Numbered from the stretch's first letter, positions 36,898 to 45,679 are shown. The stretch is 64,000 bases of DNA from an uncultured Candidatus Micrarchaeota archaeon (GCA_963741095.1 CAVUGN010000002.1:201546-265545); one strand, 5' to 3'. Notes: generated by a model not told the origin, from the letters alone. Translations and numbers: made by a program.

Positions 36898-39179
36898 CAA
36901 ACAAACTGCTTTTTTACCAATTTTCCACAATGCCTTCAAAAGGTATTGAAAAGGACAAGTTTTTTGCTGGAATTGGCAAAAAAGAGTTCATCCTGGTTTA
37001 CGACACAACAAACCGCACTACTCTCATGGGCATCCCAGAAGATATAGCAGAAGATAAGATCGAAGAACTTCAGAAAATAATTCCTGGCATGACCATGGAA
37101 AAGAGCAACAACCCTATCGGGGAATCGCAACTACTTGACGCAATATCTTTTTATAAAAAGCCGAAAGAGCAAATAACTTATGATGTGCCTGACCCTCACG
37201 ATATCCACGACGTTTTTGAGCTTGCACGCGGTGATTTTCTCGCGGTAGCATTCATACCTGTTAGCGATAAAGAACTAGACCAAACAAAAAACTATCTTGA
37301 GAAAACGCTAAGCAGAAGGAACGTGAAGGAAACCTACTCCGTAATAAAGAATTCGCTTCAATCACGTGTAAACGTTTCATCACAGCGGGACATGTTTATT
37401 GAATCAGAAGAGGCCGTAATGCTCAACGACGTGCTAGAGTCGATTAACAATGCAGTACTAACCAAAAGCCCAATCTATAAACCTTTTTTTATAGTGCCCT
37501 ATGGTCCAAGCAAAGTCCGCGAATTCATAAGTACGAGGTTCCTTATACTTGATACCTACGAAAGCAATGATTCATTAGAGTTGCTATTGTCGAAGCTGAT
37601 TAACAAGAAGTCTTTCCCTCTCGGATTAGAGCATCTCAAACCCCTACTTGATCCATACGGCGCTCAGAAGCTTAGCTATGCCCTACCAACAATGATGCCT
37701 ACCCCAAGAAGCGGGATAGCGGTGGGCACATTCATGAAAGACGGGGCTGTAGATACCCCTCTCGATATCAAGATAGAACCATCCACGATAAATCTCGGTT
37801 TTATCATAACTGGTTTACCTGGCTCCGGCAAAACAACCGAAGCCATGGCAATAATCGATACTCTATTAAATGAAAAAAACAGGCCGCGGGTGGTCGTAAT
37901 AACTCCAACCACTGAATGGGATAAATTTGCTATTTCACATGGCATGTACCTGATCAAACTATACGATGACAAAACTCCAATAAATCTTTTCAGAAAGCCA
38001 CCGTGCATAAACCGGGAAAAATTCTACGAGAGTCTTGCAACGGTGCTTTCTAGTGCGTCTAATGCTGGTCCATACCAAAACCCTATGGAAAAATGTATGC
38101 TTAATGCTTTTAGGAAAATTTATGCGAAAGAAGAGGAACCCGACCCAGTAGCAGTGTATGAAGAAATAGAAAATTCAATAATAGAATTGCATGCAAAAAG
38201 GACCAATACGGGTGTGAAATACACAAAACATGGGGAAAACATACGATCCGCACTCGAAAATCTAAGAAGCATACTATGCAGGCCCGAATTTTCTGTGCAG
38301 TCTGGCATAAAAATCGAAGACCTATTGAGTAGTGGAGTTATCTACAACATATCGAGCGCAAGTGGTACAACAAGAGCGTACCTGTATGCACTCCTCCTGA
38401 ATCAGATTTATGCAATAACCTCTAGTCTCGATGCAAAAGGCGACGGCGAATTAAGGTTGCTGGTCTGTCTCGAAGAAGCCCAGACGATGTTCAGTGACAA
38501 GGACTCTGCCGCAGTAGTAGACATAAAACAGCGAATACAGGATTTCAGAAGGCAGGGGGTGGGGCTGATGATATTAACACACAACGTCAATGACATAGAT
38601 TCTGGAGTAAGACGATTATGCCAATTGAAACTCTACCTAAAACAAGCATCTGATGTTGCAGTAGTTGCATCAAAGGATCTTGTATTTACGTACGCTAATG
38701 AAGATGATGTCACATTGAAATTAAAACTGCTTGATTCTAGAATCGGAGCATTCAGTTACATTACAAAGTCGGGCTTAGAAAAAATGACGCAGGACACAAT
38801 ATTCATCCGGACTAAAGAGTACAACAACAAGAGTGATAAATCCTATGAAAATCCATTAGATTTGCTATTAAAAAATAATCTATTTAAATTATCCTGCAAA
38901 CTAGATGTGATTGTGCATATAGCTGTAGATAGAACTAATGAGAATGCTTGCCGAATTGCGGCGTCAATGTGCACTTTAAAATTTAGATATCTGGGTGAAG
39001 TGATAGCAGAGCATTCAATCGAAATGAACCGGGATATAATACAACCCTTGTTTGAGGGTAAAACATACAAAATCCAGATATTAGATAAAAAAGGAAAAAC
39101 CATGAAAGAATTTGATCTAAAAGTCAAAGATAAAATATTCATCACAGTATCCGAAGACCGGATTAATATAAACAACTGA
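36894..39179 (+). CDS. Second HerA/VirB4/VirD4-superfamily ATPase (761 aa)
   Basis: ITGLPGSGKT Walker A, LVCLEEAQ Walker B variant, DFRRQG and ILTH. Confidence 0.82.
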   Translation: MTNKLLFYQFSTMPSKGIEKDKFFAGIGKKEFILVYDTTNRTTLMGIPEDIAEDKIEELQKIIPGMTMEKSNNPIGESQLLDAISFYKKPKEQITYDVPDPHDIHDVFELARGDFLAVAFIPVSDKELDQTKNYLEKTLSRRNVKETYSVIKNSLQSRVNVSSQRDMFIESEEAVMLNDVLESINNAVLTKSPIYKPFFIVPYGPSKVREFISTRFLILDTYESNDSLELLLSKLINKKSFPLGLEHLKPLLDPYGAQKLSYALPTMMPTPRSGIAVGTFMKDGAVDTPLDIKIEPSTINLGFIITGLPGSGKTTEAMAIIDTLLNEKNRPRVVVITPTTEWDKFAISHGMYLIKLYDDKTPINLFRKPPCINREKFYESLATVLSSASNAGPYQNPMEKCMLNAFRKIYAKEEEPDPVAVYEEIENSIIELHAKRTNTGVKYTKHGENIRSALENLRSILCRPEFSVQSGIKIEDLLSSGVIYNISSASGTTRAYLYALLLNQIYAITSSLDAKGDGELRLLVCLEEAQTMFSDKDSAAVVDIKQRIQDFRRQGVGLMILTHNVNDIDSGVRRLCQLKLYLKQASDVAVVASKDLVFTYANEDDVTLKLKLLDSRIGAFSYITKSGLEKMTQDTIFIRTKEYNNKSDKSYENPLDLLLKNNLFKLSCKLDVIVHIAVDRTNENACRIAASMCTLKFRYLGEVIAEHSIEMNRDIIQPLFEGKTYKIQILDKKGKTMKEFDLKVKDKIFITVSEDRININN

Positions 39180-39235
39180 TGCAACCCCATAAATTTGCAA
39201 GAGTATTTATATTTATCAGTTGATATATTAATCAG

Positions 39236-39535
39236 TTGATTAATATGTACCCAAAAACAACCGTAATCTTCAAACCCAGATTGATTGATCGGTCGCCACG
39301 TTTAGAGACAATATTGATGATAGAATCGATGCTTTACTTACACCGAAGTGATAAAACTATAACTCAAATTTGGAGATTGTTGCCAAAGAAAGTTATGTGG
39401 ACCACCTTCACAACAGTTTTAAAATACCTGGAACATTCTGGTAAAATCTATGTTGAAAAAGACAAAACCATAACATGGCTCTGGGATCCAAAAGGCGTGG
39501 AAAAATTCAAGAAAAGTAAGTTAGTGATAAAATAA
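39236..39535 (+). CDS. Winged-HTH protein, putative antitoxin
   Basis: SPRLETILMIE...QIWRLLPKKVMW.TF..VL.YLE.SGKI; stop overlaps the following toxin-like frame. Confidence 0.7.
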   Translation: MINMYPKTTVIFKPRLIDRSPRLETILMIESMLYLHRSDKTITQIWRLLPKKVMWTTFTTVLKYLEHSGKIYVEKDKTITWLWDPKGVEKFKKSKLVIK

Positions 39536-39882
39536 ACGACAATAGAATAAAAAAAGTTAGTTTTGCAGATGAAAAACTTCTTAATGCATTTAATAAACTC
39601 AAAACTGGCAAATTCGAAGACAAAAAATTAGCGTCCGAAATAAACGACGTTATCAATAAACTCAAAGAAGACCCTCTTTGTGGTATTGAAATAGCAAAAC
39701 TATTGTGGCCTATAAAATATATACGAGAATATGATATAAAAAATCTGAAAAAGTATAATCTACGGAATGGGTGGGGATTAATGTATACCGTTAAAGAAGA
39801 TCCGGTAGAAATTATATCCATAATACTAGAATGGCTGGATCACAAAAATTATGAAAGACGATTTGGTTATAAAAGTCATTAA
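39532..39882 (+). pseudogene. RelE/ParE-like toxin frame (116 codons) with ATA start; pseudogene or non-canonical start
   Basis: Manual translation INDNRIKKVSFADEKLLNAFNKLKTGKFEDKKLASEINDVINKLKEDPLCGIEIAKLLWPIKYIREYDIKNLKKYNLRNGWGLMYTVKEDPVEIISIILEWLDHKNYERRFGYKSH resembles the archaeal RelE-like family as I recall it. Confidence 0.65.
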
Positions 39883-39898
39883 CCAATAACAATCAAAA

Positions 39899-41335
39899 TC
39901 AGCCTTTCGCGACGCCCATCGGGACTAATTTAGCAACGATATCAGAGATCTTCGCGCCTTCTATACTGTTTACCACATCATCCACGTTCTTGTAAGCCCA
40001 CTCAGCCTCTTCACTGACGAGCCTGATGTTCCTGACACGCAATTCTATACCTTTGCTCTTCAGATCGTCCAATATCCTCGATACAGGTATCTCCCTCTGT
40101 GCCTGGTGCCTTGACATAACCCTTCCCGAGCCATGGCATGACGAGCCGAACGTCTCCTTCATCGCCTCGTCCCTGCCCGCAAGGACGTAGCTTGCGGTGC
40201 CCATGCTGCCCGGTATGATCACCGGCTGGCCATACTGCCTGTAATCCGCTGAAATCTCATTCCTTCCGGGCCCGAACGCCCTTGTCGCCCCCTTCCTGTG
40301 CACATAAAGCTTCATGCGCTTGCCATCGACGTCGTGCTCCTCCAACTTAACTATGTTGTGCGTAACGTCATACACCAGCTCCATGCCGAGCGCGTCGGCA
40401 CTCTTGCCGAACACCTCAGCGAAGCTCTTCCTTATCGAGTTCGTCATTATCTGCCTGTTCACGAATGCGAAATTGACCGCGGATTTCATCGCTTTGAGAT
40501 AATCGTCCGCCTCCTTCGTGTTTGCGTAAGCGTAAACCAACTCTGGATCTGGCGGTATTATGTTATTCTTCGCCTGATAATCCGCAAATATCCGTAGGTA
40601 GTCGCTGCAGACCTGATGGCCGAAGCCTCTGGAGCCGCTGTGAACGAGTATGACCACATTGCCCTTCTCGAGTCCGAACGCCTTCGCGTCCCTTTCGTTT
40701 AGTACGCTATCGACCTTCTGGACCTCAAGGAAATGATTTCCTGCGCCAAGCGTGCCGAGCTCATGGGTCCCTCTCTTCGCTGCAAAGGGACTGACCTTGC
40801 TTATGTCTGCGCCTGGCATACAGCCACGCTCCTCAATGTGCTCAACATCCTCCTTGAAGCCGAATCCTTTGTCTATTATGTACTGTACTCCTTCGCTGCA
40901 GACCTTCTCGAGATCATTCTTCGTGAAACCAAGGTTTATCCTGCTGCCCACTCCGCTAGGTATGTTCTTGAACAGCGTGTCCATGAGCTGCGAAAGCTTC
41001 GGCTTTACCTCCTCCACTTTCAAATCGGTTCTTATCAGCCTTACCCCGCAGTTTATGTCGTAGCCGACGACTCCAGGCGATATTATGCCGTTCTCCGCAT
41101 CGAAAGCCGCAACCCCCCCAACCGGAAAGCCGTAGCCCTCGTGTGCGTCCGGCATCAGGAGCATGTGCTTAACTATCGATGGCAGCGAAGCCGCGTTCAT
41201 CGCCTGCTTGAGCGTCCTGTCCTTGCCTATGGTGTTGGCTACTTTTTCGTTTGCGTATATGTGAACGGGCACCTTCATGCCCGGCTGCGCTTCGGTGCCA
41301 ACCTCCCACAAGAAGTCGCTTATCTTGTTTGCCAT
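39899..41335 (-). CDS. rtcB: RNA-splicing ligase RtcB
   Basis: MPDAHEGYGFPVGG, GYDINCGVR, GNHFLE, HSGSRG, HRKGATR and SCHGSGR. Confidence 0.97.
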   Translation of the reverse strand: MANKISDFLWEVGTEAQPGMKVPVHIYANEKVANTIGKDRTLKQAMNAASLPSIVKHMLLMPDAHEGYGFPVGGVAAFDAENGIISPGVVGYDINCGVRLIRTDLKVEEVKPKLSQLMDTLFKNIPSGVGSRINLGFTKNDLEKVCSEGVQYIIDKGFGFKEDVEHIEERGCMPGADISKVSPFAAKRGTHELGTLGAGNHFLEVQKVDSVLNERDAKAFGLEKGNVVILVHSGSRGFGHQVCSDYLRIFADYQAKNNIIPPDPELVYAYANTKEADDYLKAMKSAVNFAFVNRQIMTNSIRKSFAEVFGKSADALGMELVYDVTHNIVKLEEHDVDGKRMKLYVHRKGATRAFGPGRNEISADYRQYGQPVIIPGSMGTASYVLAGRDEAMKETFGSSCHGSGRVMSRHQAQREIPVSRILDDLKSKGIELRVRNIRLVSEEAEWAYKNVDDVVNSIEGAKISDIVAKLVPMGVAKG

Positions 41336-41405
41336 GGAAATATCTACTTACGATTGCGTAATCATAAGAATTACGGCGGGAAGCTATTAATAAGTGCACC
41401 TGCCC

Positions 41406-43352
41406 TCAGTGCCTTATGGGCAGGTCGATCAACGTCTTCCCATCAGAATAGGCATACCTGCCTGTGCCGTCTATATTCCTGCGTTCCACGTAGAACCCTT
41501 CCGGCAGTATCCCATCCTTCATGAGTTTCCTTTGTTTCTCTATCAGGTCGAGCCCATCCACTTTTCTGTGCCTTATGGCTTCACCCCTGATCAAGTGAGC
41601 ATACAGTTCAAGATATTGGCCATGTTTTATCTTGTTTTCGGTGTCTATACTCACAACCAGGCGGTCCTTGACTACCTCCTGCGTTGCGACTATGCGCATG
41701 ACCGATGCCTGTGCCATCGCGCCGCTGCCGTAATAACACACGGCGCACGTCTTCGGCTTGTCCAAACCGGTTTTCAGCGCAGCATTCTGCAACAGACTCG
41801 CCAAAGCAACGAATGTAGCGCCCGAATAAGAGTTACCGACTATGGATGGAAGTTTCAGCGCCTCATTCAGACGTATCCTCTTGATGAATGCCTTGCATTC
41901 ATCCTGCGCCCTCACATCACTCAGCCATTGCCAATAACTCGTTATGTCGGAGTCCTTGTCAATGTGATCGACTATCTCGTCCTCATTCCTGATGCCTGTT
42001 GAAGAATTGCGGTTGAATTCATACAACTTATCGTCAAGCATATCCGTCAATTTCTTGTAGCCGGCCAGAGGCTCTTTGCCGATAACCCTTCCTGGCTCAC
42101 CTGGGATTTTACTTGGAACAACCCTCTTCCCAATCTCATCAAGCAGTTTTGGGTCCTTGAGTCTCAAGTAATGCACGAACAGCGATCCTGCAAATTTCTT
42201 CGCCTGCATCGGGAAAGGTACATGGCTTACAAAATAATCAATGCATTCTACAAGGTCTCTACCGTTGTTTTTGTATTCCTTCTCAAGAGCTTCGACGACT
42301 TTTGCAACCATAAGCACATACGTCTTTTCGGAGAAAGTTCCATGTACAAAAGGCATCTCCTCACCAAATTTCGTAAAGTCCGGCATGGACATGTGCCTGA
42401 ATTTGCTCTCACCCATTACAACTGCAAGTTCCGGATTTTTTGTGACCCACAATAGCGTTGCCGCAGCGCCCTGTGTAGAATCCGCACCTGCGGCTCTCTT
42501 GGAATCGTAGATTGCAGTATCCGAAGTAATGACGAGCGCAGAGCAATTTTCGCCCCTATCTATCGCCGCATGCACGTTATTCACGGCCTGCGTCAGAGCT
42601 ATTCCTCCACCCGCGCAGGCATAAGTAATCGGTACTGGCTGTGCCCCTTTCATCATTTGTATAATCTTCATCTGTATGCTTTTAGGATCCTGATCCTCCA
42701 TCAGAAGTTTAGAATACACCATCTGTAGCGCTGTGGTAAGTTCCGGTTTGCTTCTGTCCGGATTGCTCTCGGTCGCATAATATATGTACCTTATCGGTTG
42801 CTCCTCCAGCTCGTTCATTGCTTCCTTGCTCGATGTCGCATTCTTGATGAACTGGTATACTGCGTTTGCCGCATAAGTCGCATTGCCCTCCGCGTAGCCT
42901 GGAAGTTTTGTATTTTCAATGCCCAAGCCATCTCTTATCAAGCCAGCCTCAACTTTCTTCACCGTATGCAATACTCCATCGGGGTTTTTCACCGGTTCTA
43001 TCGACTTTACCCACTCCGGAGTCACCAACCCTTTCGTAACCATATCCTCGAGCACTTTATTCAACTCTGCTCTTGAAAAGGTGTTCTCCACCACTTCGAC
43101 AAGCTCCGCCCGGATGCCATCAACAACGTACTTCATCGCATTCTTATTTTGCCCCATAACTCCCAAGGCAATTCCTGCAAGACCACCATAACAGAGTATG
43201 CTGTTGTTGTCCATCCTATGCAGATGATTGACAACCTCGTTCTGCATGTTCCTTATGGTGATTGCTTGCGCAAGCTCTTCTGGTGATATGCTAAGAGTGG
43301 GGGTCGTCACGACCATCCTGTCAATTCCAACGGGGACTGATTTCTCTGCCAT
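41406..43352 (-). CDS. HMG-CoA synthase-like protein, unusually long (~648 aa)
   Basis: VGID, ATES..D.SKP, YACAGG (catalytic Cys), SDTAIYD, TQGAAA, SHVPF, VGNSYSGA and YGSGA, with several large insertions. Confidence 0.8.
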   Translation of the reverse strand: MAEKSVPVGIDRMVVTTPTLSISPEELAQAITIRNMQNEVVNHLHRMDNNSILCYGGLAGIALGVMGQNKNAMKYVVDGIRAELVEVVENTFSRAELNKVLEDMVTKGLVTPEWVKSIEPVKNPDGVLHTVKKVEAGLIRDGLGIENTKLPGYAEGNATYAANAVYQFIKNATSSKEAMNELEEQPIRYIYYATESNPDRSKPELTTALQMVYSKLLMEDQDPKSIQMKIIQMMKGAQPVPITYACAGGGIALTQAVNNVHAAIDRGENCSALVITSDTAIYDSKRAAGADSTQGAAATLLWVTKNPELAVVMGESKFRHMSMPDFTKFGEEMPFVHGTFSEKTYVLMVAKVVEALEKEYKNNGRDLVECIDYFVSHVPFPMQAKKFAGSLFVHYLRLKDPKLLDEIGKRVVPSKIPGEPGRVIGKEPLAGYKKLTDMLDDKLYEFNRNSSTGIRNEDEIVDHIDKDSDITSYWQWLSDVRAQDECKAFIKRIRLNEALKLPSIVGNSYSGATFVALASLLQNAALKTGLDKPKTCAVCYYGSGAMAQASVMRIVATQEVVKDRLVVSIDTENKIKHGQYLELYAHLIRGEAIRHRKVDGLDLIEKQRKLMKDGILPEGFYVERRNIDGTGRYAYSDGKTLIDLPIRH

Positions 43353-43505
43353 AATATCACTACGACTTAATCTATTCACTATTTAAATGTCGTTCTGGCA
43401 TTAGTCAATTGTCGTAGTACACCGAAAAAGTGGAAAACAAGGAAAAGATTGCGATTGGGCGCCCAAACAAAAGAGCAAATCCCAATCGCGCCATAGATCG
43501 CCCGC

Positions 43506-44072
43506 TCACAACGACACGCTCAGCCTGGAAAGGTAAGCCCAGACCTTGCTGTCGTCGAACCACGCGTTTGTCAGCACCTCTTTGTCCAGCAGCGGCGTGA
43601 CCACCAGTATGAACGCGCACGTTGTGAGCAGGTGCATCGCGGTGAACGGTATCTGGCCTATGAATGCTGCCTGGAAGGTCATCCCGAACATGAGCGGCGT
43701 AGCCAAAACTCCAGTGACAAAGTCGAAGGCCAGCACCCCAAGAATGCCGCAGCCCAGATACGTCTTTATCCCTACCTTGTCTTTGTTCTTGAAGTAATAA
43801 TGGAATGCGAGCCCTATCACTCCGTAAGTGACGGCAGTAACCAGCGTCCAGGATCCGAGCAGGTTTGTGATGAAATCAAACGAGACCATCGTTATGAACG
43901 GAAATATGAACGAGGTCAGCGCCGAGCTCCTTTTCGAATAGGGCAGCGCCATCGACATTATGGGGTCGTTGTTCGGTATTATCCTAAGCAATCGTATCCC
44001 GTTGGCTATCAGGATGGACAGTACCATCCTGATCTTGTTGCTGTTGCTCATCCTCTTGTTCGGTTTTTCCAT
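43506..44072 (-). CDS. ECF-transporter S-component-like membrane protein, probable corrinoid uptake
   Basis: About 6 TM in 188 aa; RLL..IPN..PI...AL motif of CbrT/DUF6580-like S components; directly downstream of a cobalamin riboswitch. Confidence 0.7.
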   Translation of the reverse strand: MEKPNKRMSNSNKIRMVLSILIANGIRLLRIIPNNDPIMSMALPYSKRSSALTSFIFPFITMVSFDFITNLLGSWTLVTAVTYGVIGLAFHYYFKNKDKVGIKTYLGCGILGVLAFDFVTGVLATPLMFGMTFQAAFIGQIPFTAMHLLTTCAFILVVTPLLDKEVLTNAWFDDSKVWAYLSRLSVSL

Positions 44073-44149
44073 ATCATCTCCATTCTAGATTTTTTATCGT
44101 AACGGCTCGTTGCAAATCCCTGAGAAAGTGGATGCGAAGACTTCCAGTT

Positions 44150-44157
44150 AAAAAAAA
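44150..44157 (-). terminator. T8 tract in the riboswitch leader (candidate attenuator)
   Basis: Eight consecutive T on the minus strand between the aptamer and the start codon. Confidence 0.45.
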
Positions 44158-44183
44158 GGCCATTCAGCGTTTCCATCTCTACC

Positions 44184-44308
44184 ATGCTCGTGGGCATATA
44201 CCGGACCCAGGCAGACTGGCTTACCCATTATGGGATTACAGTTGCGGCACAGCAGTGGATTTTCACCACTTTCCCCTGACTTCCACTGGATCTGAACCCA
44301 GTTGTCCG
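44184..44308 (-). ncRNA. Cobalamin riboswitch
   Basis: Minus strand reads CGGAC...GGTT...AGGGGAA-AGTGG-TGAAAAT-CCACT-GCTGTGCCGC-AACTGTAA-TCCCATAATGGGT-AAGCCAG-TCTGCCTGG-GTCCG. This gives the GGGAA junction, the T-loop hairpin, the GCnACTG and AGCCAG B12 motifs, a closing stem and a downstream ATGC-CCACGA-GCAT hairpin. Confidence 0.88.
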
Positions 44309-44388
44309 TTAATTAGCCTTCATAAACAATATCTATAAAACTATCTCCGCTCCGCGGAACACAAAAAGAGTCGTAACTAAGCGACAGA

Positions 44389-44462
44389 CGCCCCTGCCGG
44401 GATTTGAACCCGGATCACAGGCTCCGGAAGCCCGCGTTCTATCCAAGTTATACCACAAGGGC
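44389..44462 (-). tRNA. tRNA-Arg(CCG)
   Basis: Cloverleaf with GCCCTTG/CAGGGGC acceptor stem, CGGGC-TTCCGGA-GCCTG anticodon arm and TTCAAAT T loop; no intron, CCA not encoded. Confidence 0.95.
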
Positions 44463-44496
44463 AGAAGACCGAAGACACCATCTGACAAGAATGTTA

Positions 44497-44570
44497 CGCC
44501 CTTGTCGGGATTTGAACCCGAATCACAGGCTCCGCAAGCCCGTGTTCTATCCAAGTTATACTACAAGGGC
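44497..44570 (-). tRNA. tRNA-Arg(GCG)
   Basis: Cloverleaf with GCCCTTG/CAAGGGC acceptor stem, CGGGC-TTGCGGA-GCCTG anticodon arm and TTCAAAT T loop. Confidence 0.95.
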
Positions 44571-44638
44571 ACAAAGATTTTAATATGCCTTATGCTTTAT
44601 ACACTTTACACATTAATGCTTTAAAGTCCGCTGATTTG

Positions 44639-45679
44639 ATGGTCCATACCTACCTGACGCTGATCATTCCTGCAATCTGCACATTCATAATAACGATCAT
44701 CACCATGCTCTTCATCAAATCCTACATGCTCGAGTCCGGAGTCACAATAATAGACCACAACAAGAGAAGGAAGACCGTGCTGCCGAGCGGCGGAGGCGTC
44801 GCGGTCGCCTTCGGCTTCACTGCCGGCATGCTTGTCTACATATTCGGCAGTAGCTTCTCGTTCTACACGCCTGTTGCCTCGTTGGAATACCTATTCGCCA
44901 CCGTGCTTTCGGTCATGCTGATAGCCTTCGGCGGGTTCTTGGACGACATCAACGTGAAGAAGGAGATGACAAAGACAACTGACATGATGGACACCCACAA
45001 AGGGCTGCACCAGTGGCAGAAGCCTCTTCTTTCACTGATAGGCGCGATACCTCTGATCGCAATAAACGCAGGCGTCTCAACCATAAGAATACCCTTCCTG
45101 GGCGCGTTCAACTTCGGCATACTCTACCCGCTTGTCATAATACCGCTCGCGATCGTATTTTCGGCAAATGCGTTCAACCTGCTTGGCGGCTTCGACGGGA
45201 TCTCTTCAGGCTGCGGATTGATAATGAGCCTAAGCATGCTGGTGTACAGCCTTGTCTTTGGCACTTACACCGGTGCTTTGGTGTCGGGAATACTTTTTGC
45301 GGCGATACTTGCCTTCATGTTCTTCAATCTTTATCCGGCGAAGGTGATAGGCGGCGACAGCTTCTCCTACTGCGTGGGCGGGGCGCTCGTGGCTGTAATG
45401 ATAATAGGCAACATGGAATCATTCGGTTTCGTGATCCTGGTTCCTTTCATAATAGAGTTCCTTCTGCATGCGAGGCGGAAATTCAACGTCACCGACCTCG
45501 GGAAAAGGAGAAGCGATGGCACCTTCGAGGCGCCTTACGGCAAAAAGATATACAGCTGGACGCATCTGATCATGAACCTCAGGCACCAGAAGGAATGGGA
45601 AGTATCACTATACATGTGGTGCATAGAATTGGGCTTCGTGGCACTGGCTTTTGCGATGAAGCTGCTCTTACTGCTCTAG
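44639..45679 (+). CDS. Polyprenyl-phosphate GlcNAc-1-P transferase (GPT/MraY family, AglH-like)
   Basis: P.GGG, GFLDD, NAFNLLGGFDG and N.YPAKV..GD; ~10 TM; likely start MVHTY at 44639. Confidence 0.88.
   Translation: MVHTYLTLIIPAICTFIITIITMLFIKSYMLESGVTIIDHNKRRKTVLPSGGGVAVAFGFTAGMLVYIFGSSFSFYTPVASLEYLFATVLSVMLIAFGGFLDDINVKKEMTKTTDMMDTHKGLHQWQKPLLSLIGAIPLIAINAGVSTIRIPFLGAFNFGILYPLVIIPLAIVFSANAFNLLGGFDGISSGCGLIMSLSMLVYSLVFGTYTGALVSGILFAAILAFMFFNLYPAKVIGGDSFSYCVGGALVAVMIIGNMESFGFVILVPFIIEFLLHARRKFNVTDLGKRRSDGTFEAPYGKKIYSWTHLIMNLRHQKEWEVSLYMWCIELGFVALAFAMKLLLLL

Noticed and set aside
33656-39179. HerA-NurA repair module or HerA-based antiphage system
   Set aside because: No NurA, Sir2 or nuclease partner is adjacent. 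The neighbours are pilin-like and membrane proteins, which favours a transfer machine, though this is not fully excluded without profile searches.
44333-44554. 73-aa ORF with an internal repeat
   Set aside because: It is merely the translation of the two tandem tRNA genes.
31496-44570. Integrated conjugative element or provirus using tRNA-Arg as attachment site
   Set aside because: I saw no integrase, no partial tRNA duplication at the far end and no viral genes. Both tRNAs are complete, and rtcB and HMG-CoA synthase lie between them and the operon.
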